A stretch of DNA of 64,000 nt from Auanema rhodensis (Eukaryota; Animalia; Nematoda): assembly GCA_964057225.1 (NCBI GenBank), contig OZ059895.1, positions 22,320,001-22,384,000 on the forward strand. Reading direction: 5' to 3'. Below, in pieces: positions 1-14,400 of the stretch. Under the pieces are notes generated by a model. The model saw only the letters and a program-made list of their open reading frames with translations, was not told where the DNA came from and ran no database searches. The number at the start of each line of letters is the position of its first letter. The stretch's first letter is position 1. A program made the translations under genes and the position numbers.

Positions 1-3000
1 GTGCACTCGGTATGTAACTCGCTTCACGTCAAAGATAAAGAGATGCGGTTTTCAAAATTAGATTCCCCATGTCCATATTAGTCTAAAAACAAATTTTTAT
101 TGATATTGGTGCATGGTAACCATGACTTTGAAATTTACGTGAACTTTAATTTATGCTAATTAAGTGTACACATGATGTGCACTTGGTATGTAACTCGCTT
201 CACGTGAAAGATGAAGAGATGCGGTTTTCAAAATTAGATTCCCCATTTCCATATTAGTCTAAAAACAAATTTTTATTGATATTGGTGCATGGTAACCATG
301 ACTTTAAAAGTTACGTGAACTTTAATTTATGCTAATTAAGTGTACACATGATGTGCACTTGGTATGTAACTCGCTTCACGTCAAAGATAAAGAGATGCGG
401 TTTTCAAAATTAGATTCTCCATGTCCATATTAGTCTAAAAACAAATTTTTATTGATATTGGTGCTTGGTAACCATGACTTTGAAATTTACGTGAACTTTA
501 ATTTATGCTAATTAAGTGTACACATGATGTGCACTTGGTATGTAACTCGCTTCACGTCAAAGATAAAGAGATGCGGTTTTCAAAATTAGATTCCCCATGT
601 CCATATTAGTCTAAAAACAAATTTTTATTGATATTGGTGCATGGTAACCATGACTTTAAAATTTACGTGAACTTTAATTTATGCTAATTAAGTGTACACA
701 TGATGTGCACTTGGTATGTAACTCGCTTCACGTGAAAGATGAAGAGATGCGGTTTTCAAAATTAGATTCCTCATGTCCATATTAGTCTAGAAACAAATTT
801 TTGTTGATATTGGTGGATGGTAACCATGACTTTGAAATTTACGTGAACTTTAATTTATGCTAATTAAGTGTACACATGATGTGCACTTGGTATGTAACTC
901 GCTTCACGTCAAAGATAAAGAGATGCGGTTTTCAAAATTAGATTCCCCATGTCCATATTAGTCTAAAAACAAATTTTTATTGATATTGGTGCATGGCAAC
1001 CATGACTTTAAAATTTACGTGAACTTTAATTTATGCTAATTAAGTGTACACATGATGTGCACTTGGTATGTAACTCGCTTCACGTCAAAGATAAAGAGAT
1101 GCGGTTTTCAAAATTAGATTCCCCATGTCCATATTAGTCTAAAAACAAATTTTTATTGATATTGGTGCATGGTAACCATGACTTTGAAATTTACGTGAAC
1201 TTTAATTTATGCTAATTAAGTGTACACATGATGTGCACTTGGTATGTAACTCGCTTCACGTGAAAGATGAAGAGATGCGGTTTTCAAAATTAGATTCCCC
1301 ATTTCCATATTAGTCTAAAAACAAATTTTTATTGATATTGGTGCATGGTAACCATGACTTTAAAAGTTACGTGAACTTTAATTTATGCTAATTAAGTGTA
1401 CACATGATGTGCACTTGGTATGTAACTCGCTTCACGTCAAAGATAAAGAGATGCGGTTTTCAAAATTAGATTCCCCATGTCCATATTAGTCTAAAAACAA
1501 ATTTTTATTGATATTGATGCATGGTAACCATGACTTTAAAATTTACGTGAACTTTAATTTATGCTAATTAAGTGTACACATGATGTGCACTTGGTATGTA
1601 ACTCGCTTCACGTCAAAGATAAAGAGATGCGGTTTTCAAAATTAGATTCCCCATGTCCATATTAGTCTAAAAACAAATTTTTATTGATATTGGTGCATGG
1701 TAACCATGACTTTGAAATTTACGTGAACTTTAATTTATGCTAATTAAGTGTACACATGATGTGCACTTGGTATGTAACTCGCTTCACGTGAAAGATGAAG
1801 AGATGCGGTTTTCAAAATTAGATTCCCCATTTCCATATTAGTCTAAAAACAAATTTTTATTGATATTGGTGCATGGTAACCATGACTTTGAAATTTACGT
1901 GAACTTTAATTTATGCTTATTAAGTGTACACATGATGTGCACTTGGTATGTAACTCGCTTCACGTCAAAGATAAAGAGATGCGGTTTTCAAAATTAGATT
2001 CCCCATGTCCATATTAGTCTAAAAACAAATTTTTATTGATATTGGTGCATGGCAACCATGACTTTAAAATTTACGTGAACTTTAATTTATGCTAATTAAG
2101 TGTACACATGATGTGCACTTGGTATGTAACTCGCTTCACGTCAAAGATAAAGAGATGCGGTTTCCAAAATTAGATTCCCCATGTCCATATTAGTCTAAAA
2201 ACAAATTTTTATTGATATTGGTGCATGGTAACCATGACTTTGAAATTTACGTGAACTTTAATTTATGCTAATTAAGTGTACACATGATGTGCACTTGGTA
2301 TGTAACTCGCTTCACGTGAAAGATGAAGAGATGCGGTTTTCAAAATTAGATTCCCCATTTCCATATTAGTCTAAAAACAAATTTTTATTGATATTGGTGC
2401 ATGGTAACCATGACTTTAAAAGTTACGTGAACTTTAATTTATGCTAATTAAGTGTACACATGATGTGCACTTGGTATGTAACTCGCTTCACGTCAAAGAT
2501 AAAGAGATGCGGTTTTCAAAATTAGATTCCCCATGTCCATATTAGTCTAAAAACAAATTTTTATTGATATTGATGCATGGTAACCATGACTTTAAAATTT
2601 ACGTGAACTTTAATTTATGCTAATTAAGTGTACACATGATGTGCACTTGGTATGTAACTCGCTTCACGTCAAAGATAAAGAGATGCGGTTTTCAAAATTA
2701 GATTCCCCATGTCCATATTAGTCTAAAAACAAATTTTTATTGATATTGGTGCATGGTAACCATGACTTTGAAATTTACGTGAACTTTAATTTATGCTAAT
2801 TAAGTGTACACATGATGTGCACTTGGTATGTAACTCGCTTCACGTGAAAGATGAAGAGATGCGGTTTTCAAAATTAGATTCCCCATTTACATATTAGTCT
2901 AAAAACAAATTTTTATTGATATTGGTGCATGGTAACCATGACTTTGAAATTTACGTGAACTTTAATTTATGCTTATTAAGTGTACACATGATGTGCACTT

Positions 3001-3100
3001 GGTATGTAACTCGCTTCACGTCAAAGATAAAGAGATGCGGTTTTCAAAATTAGATTCCCCATGTCCATATTAGTCTAAAAACAAATTTTTATTGATATTG
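1..3100 (+). repeat. Local 6-mer HOR, period 1056 bp (~3 copies; first copy more diverged)
   Basis: Rare marker AAAAGTTAC at 306, 1362, 2418 (spacing 1056 = 6x176). CATGGCAACC at ~992 and ~2048. TGATGC at ~1516 and ~2572. Confidence 0.8.
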
Positions 3101-4337
3101 ATGCATGGTAACCATGACTTTGAAATTTACGTGAACTTTAATTTATGCTTATTAAGTGTACACGTGATGTGCACTTGGTATGTAACTCGCTTCACGTGAA
3201 AGATAAAGGGATGCGGTTTTCAAAATTAGATTCCCCATGTCCATATTAGTCTAAAAACAAATTTTTATTGATATTGGTGCATGGTAACCATGACTTTAAA
3301 ATTTACGTGAACTTTAATTTATGCTAATTAAGTGTACACATGATGTGCACTTGGTATGTAACTCGCTTCACGTCAAAGATAAAGAGATGCGGTTTTCAAA
3401 AATAGATTCCCCATGTCCATATTAGTCTAAAAACAAATTTTTATTAATATTGGTGCTTGGTAACCATGACTTTGAAATTTACGTGAACTTTAATTTATGC
3501 TAATTAAGTGTACACATGATGTGCACTTGGTATGTAACTCGCTTCACGTCAAAGATAAAGAGATGCGGTTTTCAAAATTAGATTCCCCATGTCCATATTA
3601 GTCTAAAAACAAATTTTTATTGATATTGGTGCATGGTAACCATGACTTTAAAATTTACGTGAACTTTAATTTATGCTAATTAAGTGTACACATGATGTGC
3701 ACTTGGTATGTAACTCGCTTCACGTGAAAGATGAAGAGATGCGGTTTTCAAAATTAGATTCCTCATGTCTATATTAGTCTAGAAACAAATTTTTGTTGAT
3801 ATTGGTGGATGGTAACCATGACTTTGAAATTTACGTGAACTTTAATTTATGCTAATTAAGTGTACACATGATGTGCACTTGGTATGTAACTCGCTTCACG
3901 TCAAAGATAAAGAGATGCGGTTTTCAAAATTAGATTCCCCATGTCCATATTAGTCTAAAAACAAATTTTTATTGATATTGGTGCATGGCAACCATGACTT
4001 TAAAATTTACGTGAACTTTAATTTATGCTAATTAAGTGTACACATGATGTGCACTTGGTATGTAACTCGCTTCACGTCAAAGATAAAGAGATGAGGTTTT
4101 CAAAATTAGATTCCCCATGTCCATATTAGTCTAAAAACAAATTTTTATTAATATTGGTGCATGGTAACCATGACTTTGAAATTTACGTGAACTTTAATTT
4201 ATGCTAATTAAGTGTACACATGATGTGCACTTGGTATGTAACTCGCTTCACGTGAAAGATGAAGAGATGCGGTTTCCAAAATTAGATTCCTCATGTCCAT
4301 ATTAGTGTAAAAACGAATTTTTATTGATATTAATGCA

Positions 4338-7141
4338 TGGTAACCATGACTTTGAAATTTACGTGAACTTTAATTTATGCTTATTAAGTGTACACGTGAT
4401 GTGCACTTGGTATGTAACTCGCTTCACGTGAAAGATAAAGAGATGCGGTTTTCAAAATTAGATTCCCCATGTCCATATTAGTCTAAAAACAAATTGTTAT
4501 TGATATTGGTGCATGGTAACCATGACTTTAAAATTTACGTGAACTTTAATTTATGCTAATTAAGTGTACACATGATGTGCACTTGGTATGTAACTCGCTT
4601 CACGTCAAAGATAAAGAGATGCGGTTTTCAAAATTAGATTCCCCATGTCCATATTAGTCTAAAAACAAATTTTTATTGATATTGGTGCATGGTAACCATG
4701 ACTTTGAAATTTACGTGAACTTTAATTTATGCTAATTAAGTGTACACATGATGTGCACTTGGTATGTAACTCGCTTCACGTGAAAGATGAAGAGATGCGG
4801 TTTTCAAAATTAGATTCCCCATTTCCATATTAGTCTAAAAACAAATTTTTATTGATATTGGTGCATGGTAACCATGACTTTAAAAGTTACGTGAACTTTA
4901 ATTTATGCTAATTAAGTGTACACATGATGTGCACTTGGTATGTAACTCGCTTCACGTCAAAGATAAAGAGATGCGGTTTCCAAAATTAGATTCCCCATGT
5001 CCATATTAGTCTAAAAACAAATTTTTATTGATATTGATGCATGGTAACCATGACTTTGAAATTTACGTGAACTTTAATTTATGCTTATTAAGTGTACACG
5101 TGATGTGCACTTGGTATGTAACTCGCTTCACGTGAAAGATAAAGGGATGCAGTTTTCAAAATTAGATTCCCCATGTCCATATTAGTCTAAAAACAAATTT
5201 TTATTGATATTGGTGCATGGTAACCATGACTTTAAAATTTACGTGAACTTTAATTTATGCTAATTAAGTGTACACATGATGTGCACTTGGTATGTAACTC
5301 GCTTCACGTCAAAGATAAAGAGATGCGGTTTTCAAAAATAGATTCCCCATGTCCATATTAGTCTAAAAACAAATTTTTATTAATATTGGTGCTTGGTAAC
5401 CATGACTTTGAAATTTACGTGAACTTTAATTTATGCTAATTAAGTGTACACATGATGTGCACTTGGTATGTAACTCGCTTCACGTCAAAGATAAAGAGAT
5501 GCGGTTTTCAAAATTAGATTCCCCATGTCCATATTAGTCTAAAAACAAATTTTTATTGATATTGGTGCATGGTAACCATGACTTTAAAATTTACGTGAAC
5601 TTTAATTTATGCTAATTAAGTGTACACATGATGTGCACTTGGTATGTAACTCGCTTCACGTCAAAGATAAAGAGATGCGGTTTTCAAAATTAGATTCCCC
5701 ATGTCCATATTAGTCTAAAAACAAATTTTTATTAATATTGGTGCTTGGTAACCATGACTTTGAAATTTACGTGAACTTTAATTTATGCTTATTAAGTGTA
5801 CACGTGATGTGCACTTGGTATGTAACTCGCTTCACGTGAAAGATAAAGAGATGCGGTTTTCAAAATTAGATTCCCCATGTCCATATTAGTCTAAAAACAA
5901 ATTGTTATTGATATTGGTGCATGGTAACCATGACTTTAAAATTTACGTGAACTTTAATTTATGCTAATTAAGTGTACACATGATGTGCACTTGGTATGTA
6001 ACTCGCTTCACGTCAAAGATAAAGAGATGCGGTTTTCAAAATTAGATTCCCCATGTCCATATTAGTCTAAAAACAAATTTTTATTGATATTGGTGCATGG
6101 TAACCATGACTTTGAAATTTACGTGAACTTTAATTTATGCTAATTAAGTGTACACATGATGTGCACTTGGTATGTAACTCGCTTCACGTGAAAGATGAAG
6201 AGATGCGGTTTTCAAAATTAGATTCCCCATTTCCATATTAGTCTAAAAACAAATTTTTATTGATATTGGTGCATGGTAACCATGACTTTAAAAGTTACGT
6301 GAACTTTAATTTATGCTAATTAAGTGTACACATGATGTGCACTTGGTATGTAACTCGCTTCACGTCAAAGATAAAGAGATGCGGTTTCCAAAATTAGATT
6401 CCCCATGTCCATATTAGTCTAAAAACAAATTTTTATTGATATTGATGCATGGTAACCATGACTTTGAAATTTACGTGAACTTTAATTTATGCTTATTAAG
6501 TGTACACGTGATGTGCACTTGGTATGTAACTCGCTTCACGTGAAAGATAAAGGGATGCAGTTTTCAAAATTAGATTCCCCATGTCCATATTAGTCTAAAA
6601 ACAAATTTTTATTGATATTGGTGCATGGTAACCATGACTTTAAAATTTACGTGAACTTTAATTTATGCTAATTAAGTGTACACATGATGTGCACTTGGTA
6701 TGTAACTCGCTTCACGTCAAAGATAAAGAGATGCGGTTTTCAAAAATAGATTCCCCATGTCCATATTAGTCTAAAAACAAATTTTTATTAATATTGGTGC
6801 TTGGTAACCATGACTTTGAAATTTACGTGAACTTTAATTTATGCTAATTAAGTGTACACATGATGTGCACTTGGTATGTAACTCGCTTCACGTCAAAGAT
6901 AAAGAGATGCGGTTTTCAAAATTAGATTCCCCATGTCCATATTAGTCTAAAAACAAATTTTTATTGATATTGGTGCATGGTAACCATGACTTTAAAATTT
7001 ACGTGAACTTTAATTTATGCTAATTAAGTGTACACATGATGTGCACTTGGTATGTAACTCGCTTCACGTCAAAGATAAAGAGATGCGGTTTTCAAAATTA
7101 GATTCCCCATGTCCATATTAGTCTAAAAACAAATTTTTATT
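4338..7141 (+). repeat. Local 8-mer tandem duplication, period 1408 bp (2 copies)
   Basis: AAATTGTTAT (G at 4496 and 5904) and GATGCAGTTT (~5146 and ~6554); spacing 1408 = 8x176. Confidence 0.9.
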
Positions 7142-10100
7142 GATATTGGTGCATGGTAACCATGACTTTGAAATTTACGTGAACTTTAATTTATGCTTAT
7201 TAAGTGTACACGTGATGTGCACTTGGTATGTAACTCGCTTCACGTGAAAGATGAAGAGATGCGGTTTTCAAAATTAGATTCCTCATGTCCATATTAGTCT
7301 AAAAACGAATTTTTATTGATATTGATGCATGGTAACCATGACTTTGAAATTTACGTGAACTTTAATTTATGCTAATTAAGTGTACACATGATGTGCACTT
7401 GGTATGTAACTCGCTTCACGTGAAAGATGAAGAGATGCGGTTTTCAAAATTAGATTCCTCATGTCCATATTAGTCTAGAAACAAATTTTTGTTGATATTG
7501 GTGGATGGTAACCATGACTTTGAAATTTACGTGAACTTTAATTTATGCTAATTAAGTGTACACATGATGTGCACTTGGTTTGTAACTCGCTTCACGTCAA
7601 AGATAAAGAGATGCGGTTTTCAAAATTAGATTTCCCATGACCATATTAGTCTAAAAACAAATTTTTATTGATATTGGTGCATGGCAACCATGACTTTAAA
7701 ATTTACGTGAACTTTAATTTATGCTAATTAAGTGTACACATGATGTGCACTTGGTATGTAACTCGCTTCACGTCAAAGATAAAGAGATGCGGTTTTCAAA
7801 ATTAGATTCCCCATGACCATATTAGTCTAAAAACAAATTTTTATTAATATTGGTGCATGGTAACCATGACTTTGAAATTTACGTGAACTTTAATTTATGC
7901 TAATTAAGTGTACACATGATGTGCGCTTGGTATGTAACTAGCTTCACGTGAAAGATAAAGAGATGCGGTTTTCAAAATTAGATTCCCCATTTCCATATTA
8001 GTCTAAAAACGAATTTTTATTGATATTGATGCATGGTAACCATGACTTTGAAATTTACGTGAACTTTAATTTATGCTTATTAAGTGTACACGTGATGTGC
8101 ACTTGGTATGTAACTTGCTTCACGTGAAAGATAAAGGGATGCGGTTTTCAAAATTAGATTCCCCATGTCCAAATTAGTCTAAAAACAAATTTTTATTGAT
8201 ATTGGTGCATGGCAACCATGACTTTAAAATTTACGTGAACTTTAATTTATGCTAATTAAGTGTACACGTGATGTGCACTTGGTATGTAACTCGCTTCACG
8301 TAAAAAATGAAGAGATGCGGTTTTCAAAATTAGATTCCACATGTCCATATTAGTCTAAAAACAAATTTTTGTTGATATTGGTGGATGGTAACCATGACTT
8401 TGAAATTTACGTGAACTTTAATTTATGCTAATTAAGTGTACACGTGATGTGCACTCGGTATGTAACTCTCTTCACGTGAAATATGAAGAGATGCGGTTTT
8501 CAAAATTAGATTCCCCATGTCCATATTAGTCTAAAAACAAATTTTTATTGATATTGGTGCATGGCAACCATGACTTTAAAATTTACGTGAACTTTAATTT
8601 ATGCTAATTAAGTGTACACATGATGTGCACTTGGTATGTAACTCGCTTCACGTCAAAGATAAAGAGATGCGGTTTTCAAAATTAGATTCCCCATGTCCAT
8701 ATTAGTCTAAAAACAAATTTTTATTAATATTGGTGCTTGGTAACCACGACTTTGAAATTTACGTGAACTTTAATTTATGCTAATTAAGTGAACACATGAT
8801 GTGCACTTGGTATGTAACTCGCTTCACGTGAAAGATAAAGAGATGTGGTTTTCAAAATAGATTCCCCATGTCCATATTAGTCTAAAAACGAATTTTTATT
8901 GATATTGATGCATGTTAACCATGACTTTGAAATTTACGTGAACTTTAATTTATGCTTATTAAGTGAACACATGATGTGCACTTGGTATGTAACTCGCTTC
9001 ACGTGAAAGATAAAGGGATGCGGTTTTCGAAATTAGATTCCTCATGTCCATATTAGTCTAAAAACAAATTTTTATTAATATTGGTGCATGGTAACCATGA
9101 CTTTGAAATTTACGTGAACTTTAATTTATGCTAATTAAGTGTACACATGATGTGCACTTGGTATGTAACTCGCTTCACGTGAAAGATAAAGGGATGCGGT
9201 TTTCAAAATTAGATTCCCCATGTCCATATTAGTCTAAAAACAAATTTTTATTAATATTGGTGCATGGCAACCATGACTTTAAAATTTACGTGAACTTTAA
9301 TTTATGCTAATTAAGTGTACACGTGATGTGCACTCGGTATGTAACTCGCTTCACGTCAAAGATAAAGAGATGCGGTTTTCAAAATTAGATTCCCCATGTC
9401 CATATTAGTCTAAAAACAAATTTTTATTAATATTGGTGCATGGTAACCATGACTTTGAAATTTACGTGAACTTTAATTTATGCTAATTAAGTGTACACAT
9501 GATGTGCACTTGGTATGTAACTCGCTTCACGTGAAAGATGAAGAGATGCGGTTTCCAAAATTAGATTCCTCATGTCCATATTAGTCTAAAAACGAATTTT
9601 TATTGATATTAATGCATGGTAACCATGACTTTGAAATTTACGTGAACTTTAATTTATGCTTATTAAGTGTACACGTGATGTGCACTTGGTATGTAACTCG
9701 CTTCACGTGAAAGATAAAGAGATGCGGTTTTCAAAATTAGATTCCCCATGTCCATATTAGTCTAAAAACAAATTGTTATTGATATTGGTGCATGGTAACC
9801 ATGACTTTAAAATTTACGTGAACTTTAATTTATGCTAATTAAGTGTACACATGATGTGCACTTGGTATGTAACTCGCTTCACGTCAAAGATAAAGAGATG
9901 CGGTTTTCAAAATTAGATTCCCCATGTCCATATTAGTCTAAAAACAAATTTTTATTGAAATTGGTGCATGGTAACCATGACTTTGAAATTTACGTGAACT
10001 TTAATTTATGCTAATTAAGTGTACACATGATGTGCACTTGGTATGTAACTCGCTTCACGTGAAATATGAAGAAATGCGGTTTTCAAAATTAGATTCCCCA

Positions 10101-10198
10101 TGTCCATATTAGTCTAAAAACAAATTTTTATTGATATTGGTGCATGGCAACCATGACTTTGAAATTTACGTGAACTTTGATTTATGCTAATTAAGTGA

Positions 10199-11158
10199 AC
10201 ACATGATGTGCACTTGGTATGTAACTCGCTTCACGTGCAAGATAGAGAGATGCGGTTTTCAAAATAGATTCCCCATGTCCATATTAGTCTAAAAACGAAT
10301 TTTTATTGATATTGATTCATGGTAACCATGACTTTGAAAATTACGTGAACTTTAATTTATGCTTATTAAGTGTACACGTGATGTGCACTTGGTATGTAAC
10401 TCGCTTCACGTCAAAGATAAAGGGATGCGGTTTTCAAAATTAGATTCCCCATGTCCATATTAGTCTAAAACCAAATTTTTATTAATATTGGTGCATGGTA
10501 ACCATGACTTTGAAATTTACGTGAACTTTAATTTATGCTAATTAAGTGTACACATGATGTGCGCTTGGTATGTAACTCGCTTCACGTGAAAGATAAAGAG
10601 ATGCGGTTTTCAAAATTAGATTCCTCATGTCCATATTAGTCTAAAAACAAATTTTTATTAATATTGGTGCATGGTAACCATGACTTTGAAATTTACGTGA
10701 ACTTTAATTTATGCTAATTAAGTGTACACATGATGTGCACTTGGTATGTAACTCGCTTCACGTGCAAGATAGAGAGATGCGGTTTTCAAAATAGATTCCC
10801 CATGTCCATATTAGTCTAAAAACGAATTTTTATTGATATTGATTCATGGTAACCATGACTTTGAAAATTACGTGAACTTTAATTTATGCTTATTAAGTGT
10901 ACACGTGATGTGCACTTGGTATGTAACTCGCTTCACGTCAAAGATAAAGGGATGCGGTTTTCAAAATTAGATTCCCCATGTCCATATTAGTCTAAAACCA
11001 AATTTTTATTAATATTGGTGCATGGTAACCATGACTTTGAAATTTACGTGAACTTTAATTTATGCTAATTAAGTGTACACATGATGTGCGCTTGGTATGT
11101 AACTCGCTTCACGTGAAAGATAAAGAGATGCGGTTTTCAAAATTAGATTCCTCATGTC
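10199..11158 (+). repeat. Local 3-mer tandem duplication, period 527 bp (~1.8 copies)
   Basis: Private variant AAAACCAAA (C at 10471 and 10998); spacing 527 = 3x176-1, including one 175-bp monomer. Confidence 0.88.
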
Positions 11159-11429
11159 TATATTAGTCTAAAAACAAATTTTTGTTGATATTGGTGGATG
11201 GTAACCATGACTTTGAAATTTACGTGAACTTTAATTTATGCTAATTAAGTGTACACATGATGTGCACTTGGTATGTAACTCGCTTCACGTCAAAGATAAA
11301 GAGATGCGGTTTTCAAAATTAGATTCCCCATGTTCATATTAGTCTAAAAACAAATTTTTTTTTAATATTGGTGCTTGGTAACCATGACTTTGAAATTTAC
11401 GTGAACTTTAATTTATGCTAATTAAGTGA

Positions 11430-14400
11430 ACACATGATGTGCACTTGGTATGTAACTCGCTTCACGTGCAAGATAGAGAGATGCGGTTTTCAAAATAGAT
11501 ACCCCATGTCCATATTAGTCTAAAAACGAATTTTTATTGATATTGATTCATGGTAACCATGACTTTGAAAATTACGTGAACTTTAATTTATGCTTATTAA
11601 GTGTACACGTGATGTGCACTTGGTATGTAACTCGCTTCACGTCAAAGATAAAGGGATGCGGTTTTCAAAATTAGATTCCCCATGTCCATATTAGTCTAAA
11701 AACAAATTTTTATTAATATTGGGGCATGGTAACCATGACTTTGAAATTTACGTGAACTTTAATTTATGCTAATTAAGTGTACACATGATGTGCGCTTGGT
11801 ATGTAACTCGCTTCACGTGAAAGATAAAGAGATGCGGTTTTCAAAATTAGATTCCTCATGTCCATATTAGTCTAAAAACGAATTTTTATTGATATTGATG
11901 CATGGCAACCATGACTTTAAAATTTACGTGAACTTTAATTTATGCTAATTAAGTGTACACATGATGTGCACTTGGTATGTAACTCGCTTCACGTCAAAGA
12001 TAAAGAGATGCGGTTTTCAAAATTAGATTCCCCATGTCCATATTAGTCTAAAAACAAATTTTTATTGATATTGGTGGATGGTAACCATGACTTTGAAATT
12101 TACGTGAACTTTAATTTATGCTAAAAAAGTGTACACATGATGTGCGCTTGGTATGTAACTCGCTTCACGTGAAAGATAAAGAGATGCGGTTTTCAAAATT
12201 AGATTCCTCATGTCCATATTAGTCTAAAAACAAATTTTTGTTGATATTGGTGGATGGTAACCATGACTTTGAAATTTACGTGAACTTTAATTTATGCTAA
12301 TTAAGTGTACACGTGATGTGCACTCGGTATGTAACTCGCTTCACGTGAAATATGAAGAGATGCGGTTTCCAAAATTAGATTCCCCATGTCCATATTAGTC
12401 TAAAAACAAATTTTTATTGATATTGGTGCATGGCAACCATGACTTTAAAATTTACGTGAACTTTAATTTATGCTAATTAAGTGTACACATGATGTGCACT
12501 TGGTATGTAACTCGCTTCACGTCAAAGATAAAGAGATGCGGTTTTCAAAATTAGATTCCCCATGTTCATATTAGTCTAAAAACAAATTTTTTTTTAATAT
12601 TGGTGCTTGGTAACCATGACTTTGAAATTTACGTGAACTTTAATTTATGCTAATTAAGTGAACACATGATGTGCACTTGGTATGTAACTCGCTTCACGTG
12701 CAAGATAGAGAGATGCGGTTTTCAAAATAGATTCCCCATGTCCATATTAGTCTAAAAACGAATTTTTATTGATATTGATTCATGGTAACCATGACTTTGA
12801 AAATTACGTGAACTTTAATTTATGCTTATTAAGTGTACACGTGATGTGCACTTGGTATGTAACTCGCTTCACGTCAAAGATAAAGGGATGCGGTTTTCAA
12901 AATTAGATTCCCCATGTCCATATTAGTCTAAAAACAAATTTTTATTAATATTGGTGCATGGTAACCATGACTTTGAAATTTACGTGAACTTTAATTTATG
13001 CTAATTAAGTGTACACATGATGTGCGCTTGGTATGTAACTCGCTTCACGTGAAAGATAAAGAGATGCGGTTTTCAAAATTAGATTCCTCATGTCCATATT
13101 AGTCTAAAAACGAATTTTTATTGATATTGATGCATGGCAACCATGACTTTAAAATTTACGTGAACTTTAATTTATGCTAATTAAGTGTACACATGATGTG
13201 CACTTGGTATGTAACTCGCTTCACGTCAAAGATAAAGAGATGCGGTTTTCAAAATTAGATTCCCCATGTCCATATTAGTCTAAAAACAAATTTTTATTGA
13301 TATTGGTGCATGGTAACCATGACTTTGAAATTTACGTGAACTTTAATTTATGCTTATTAAGTGTACACATGATGTGCACTTGGTATGTAACTCGCTTCAC
13401 GTGAAATATGAAGAGATGCGGTTTCCAAAATTAGATTCCCCATGTCCATATTAGTCTAAAAACAAATTTTTATTGATATTGGTGCATGGCAACCATGACT
13501 TTAAAATTTACGTGAACTTTAATTTATGCTAATTAAGTGTACACATGATGTGCACTTGGTATGTAACTCGCTTCACGTCAAAGATAAAGAGATGCGGTTT
13601 TCAAAATTAGATTCCCCATGTTCATATTAGTCTAAAAACAAATTTTTTTTTAATATTGGTGCTTGGTAACCATGACTTTGAAATTTACGTGAACTTTAAT
13701 TTATGCTAATTAAGTGAACACATGATGTGCACTTGGTATGTAACTCGCTTCACGTGCAAGATAGAGAGATGCGGTTTTCAAAATAGATTCCCCATGTCCA
13801 TATTAGTCTAAAAACGAATTTTTATTGATATTGATTCATGGTAACCATGACTTTGAAAATTACGTGAACTTTAATTTATGCTTATTAAGTGTACACATGA
13901 TGTGCACTTGGTATGTAACTCGCTTCACGTGCAAGATAGAGAGATGCGGTTTTCAAAATAGATTCCCCATGTCCATATTAGTCTAAAAACGAATTTTTAT
14001 TGATATTGATTCATGGTAACCATGACTTTGAAATTTACGTGAACTTTAATTTATGCTAATTAAGTGTACACATGATGTGCGCTTGGTATGTAACTCGCTT
14101 CACGTGAAAGATAAAGAGATGCGGTTTTCAAAATTAGATTCCTCATGTCCATATTAGTCTAAAAACGAATTTTTATTGATATTGATGCATGGCAACCATG
14201 ACTTTAAAATTTACGTGAACTTTAATTTATGCTAATTAAGTGTACACATGATGTGCACTTGGTATGTAACTCGCTTCACGTGCAAGATAGAGAGATGCGG
14301 TTTTCAAAATAGATACCCCATGTCCATATTAGTCTAAAAACGAATTTTTATTGATATTGATTCATGGTAACCATGACTTTGAAAATTACGTGAACTTTAA

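Noticed and set aside
20-50. CENP-B box at CTTCACGTGAAAGATAAAGAGATGCGGTT
   Set aside because: It does not fit NTTCGNNNNANNCGGGN in sequence or spacing on either strand.
1-176. Identity with Brassica CentBr (176 bp), Arabidopsis CEN178 or primate alpha satellite
   Set aside because: Only the length is similar. The sequence does not resemble those consensuses as I recall them; BLAST is needed to settle this.
1-176. Tandem 5S rRNA, tRNA, snRNA or spliced-leader gene array
   Set aside because: No recognisable RNA gene sequence, cloverleaf or Pol III internal promoter.
22-176. Internal sub-repeat origin of the monomer (ACGTGA at ~26, ~137 and the variant at ~170)
   Set aside because: The similarity covers only 6-7 bp with irregular spacing, which is too little to support an ancestral shorter unit.
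3395-3410. CAAAAATAGA (~3401, ~5338, ~6746) as an early 175-bp deletion monomer
   Set aside because: It is a T>A substitution that preserves length; phase stays exactly 176 until ~8857.
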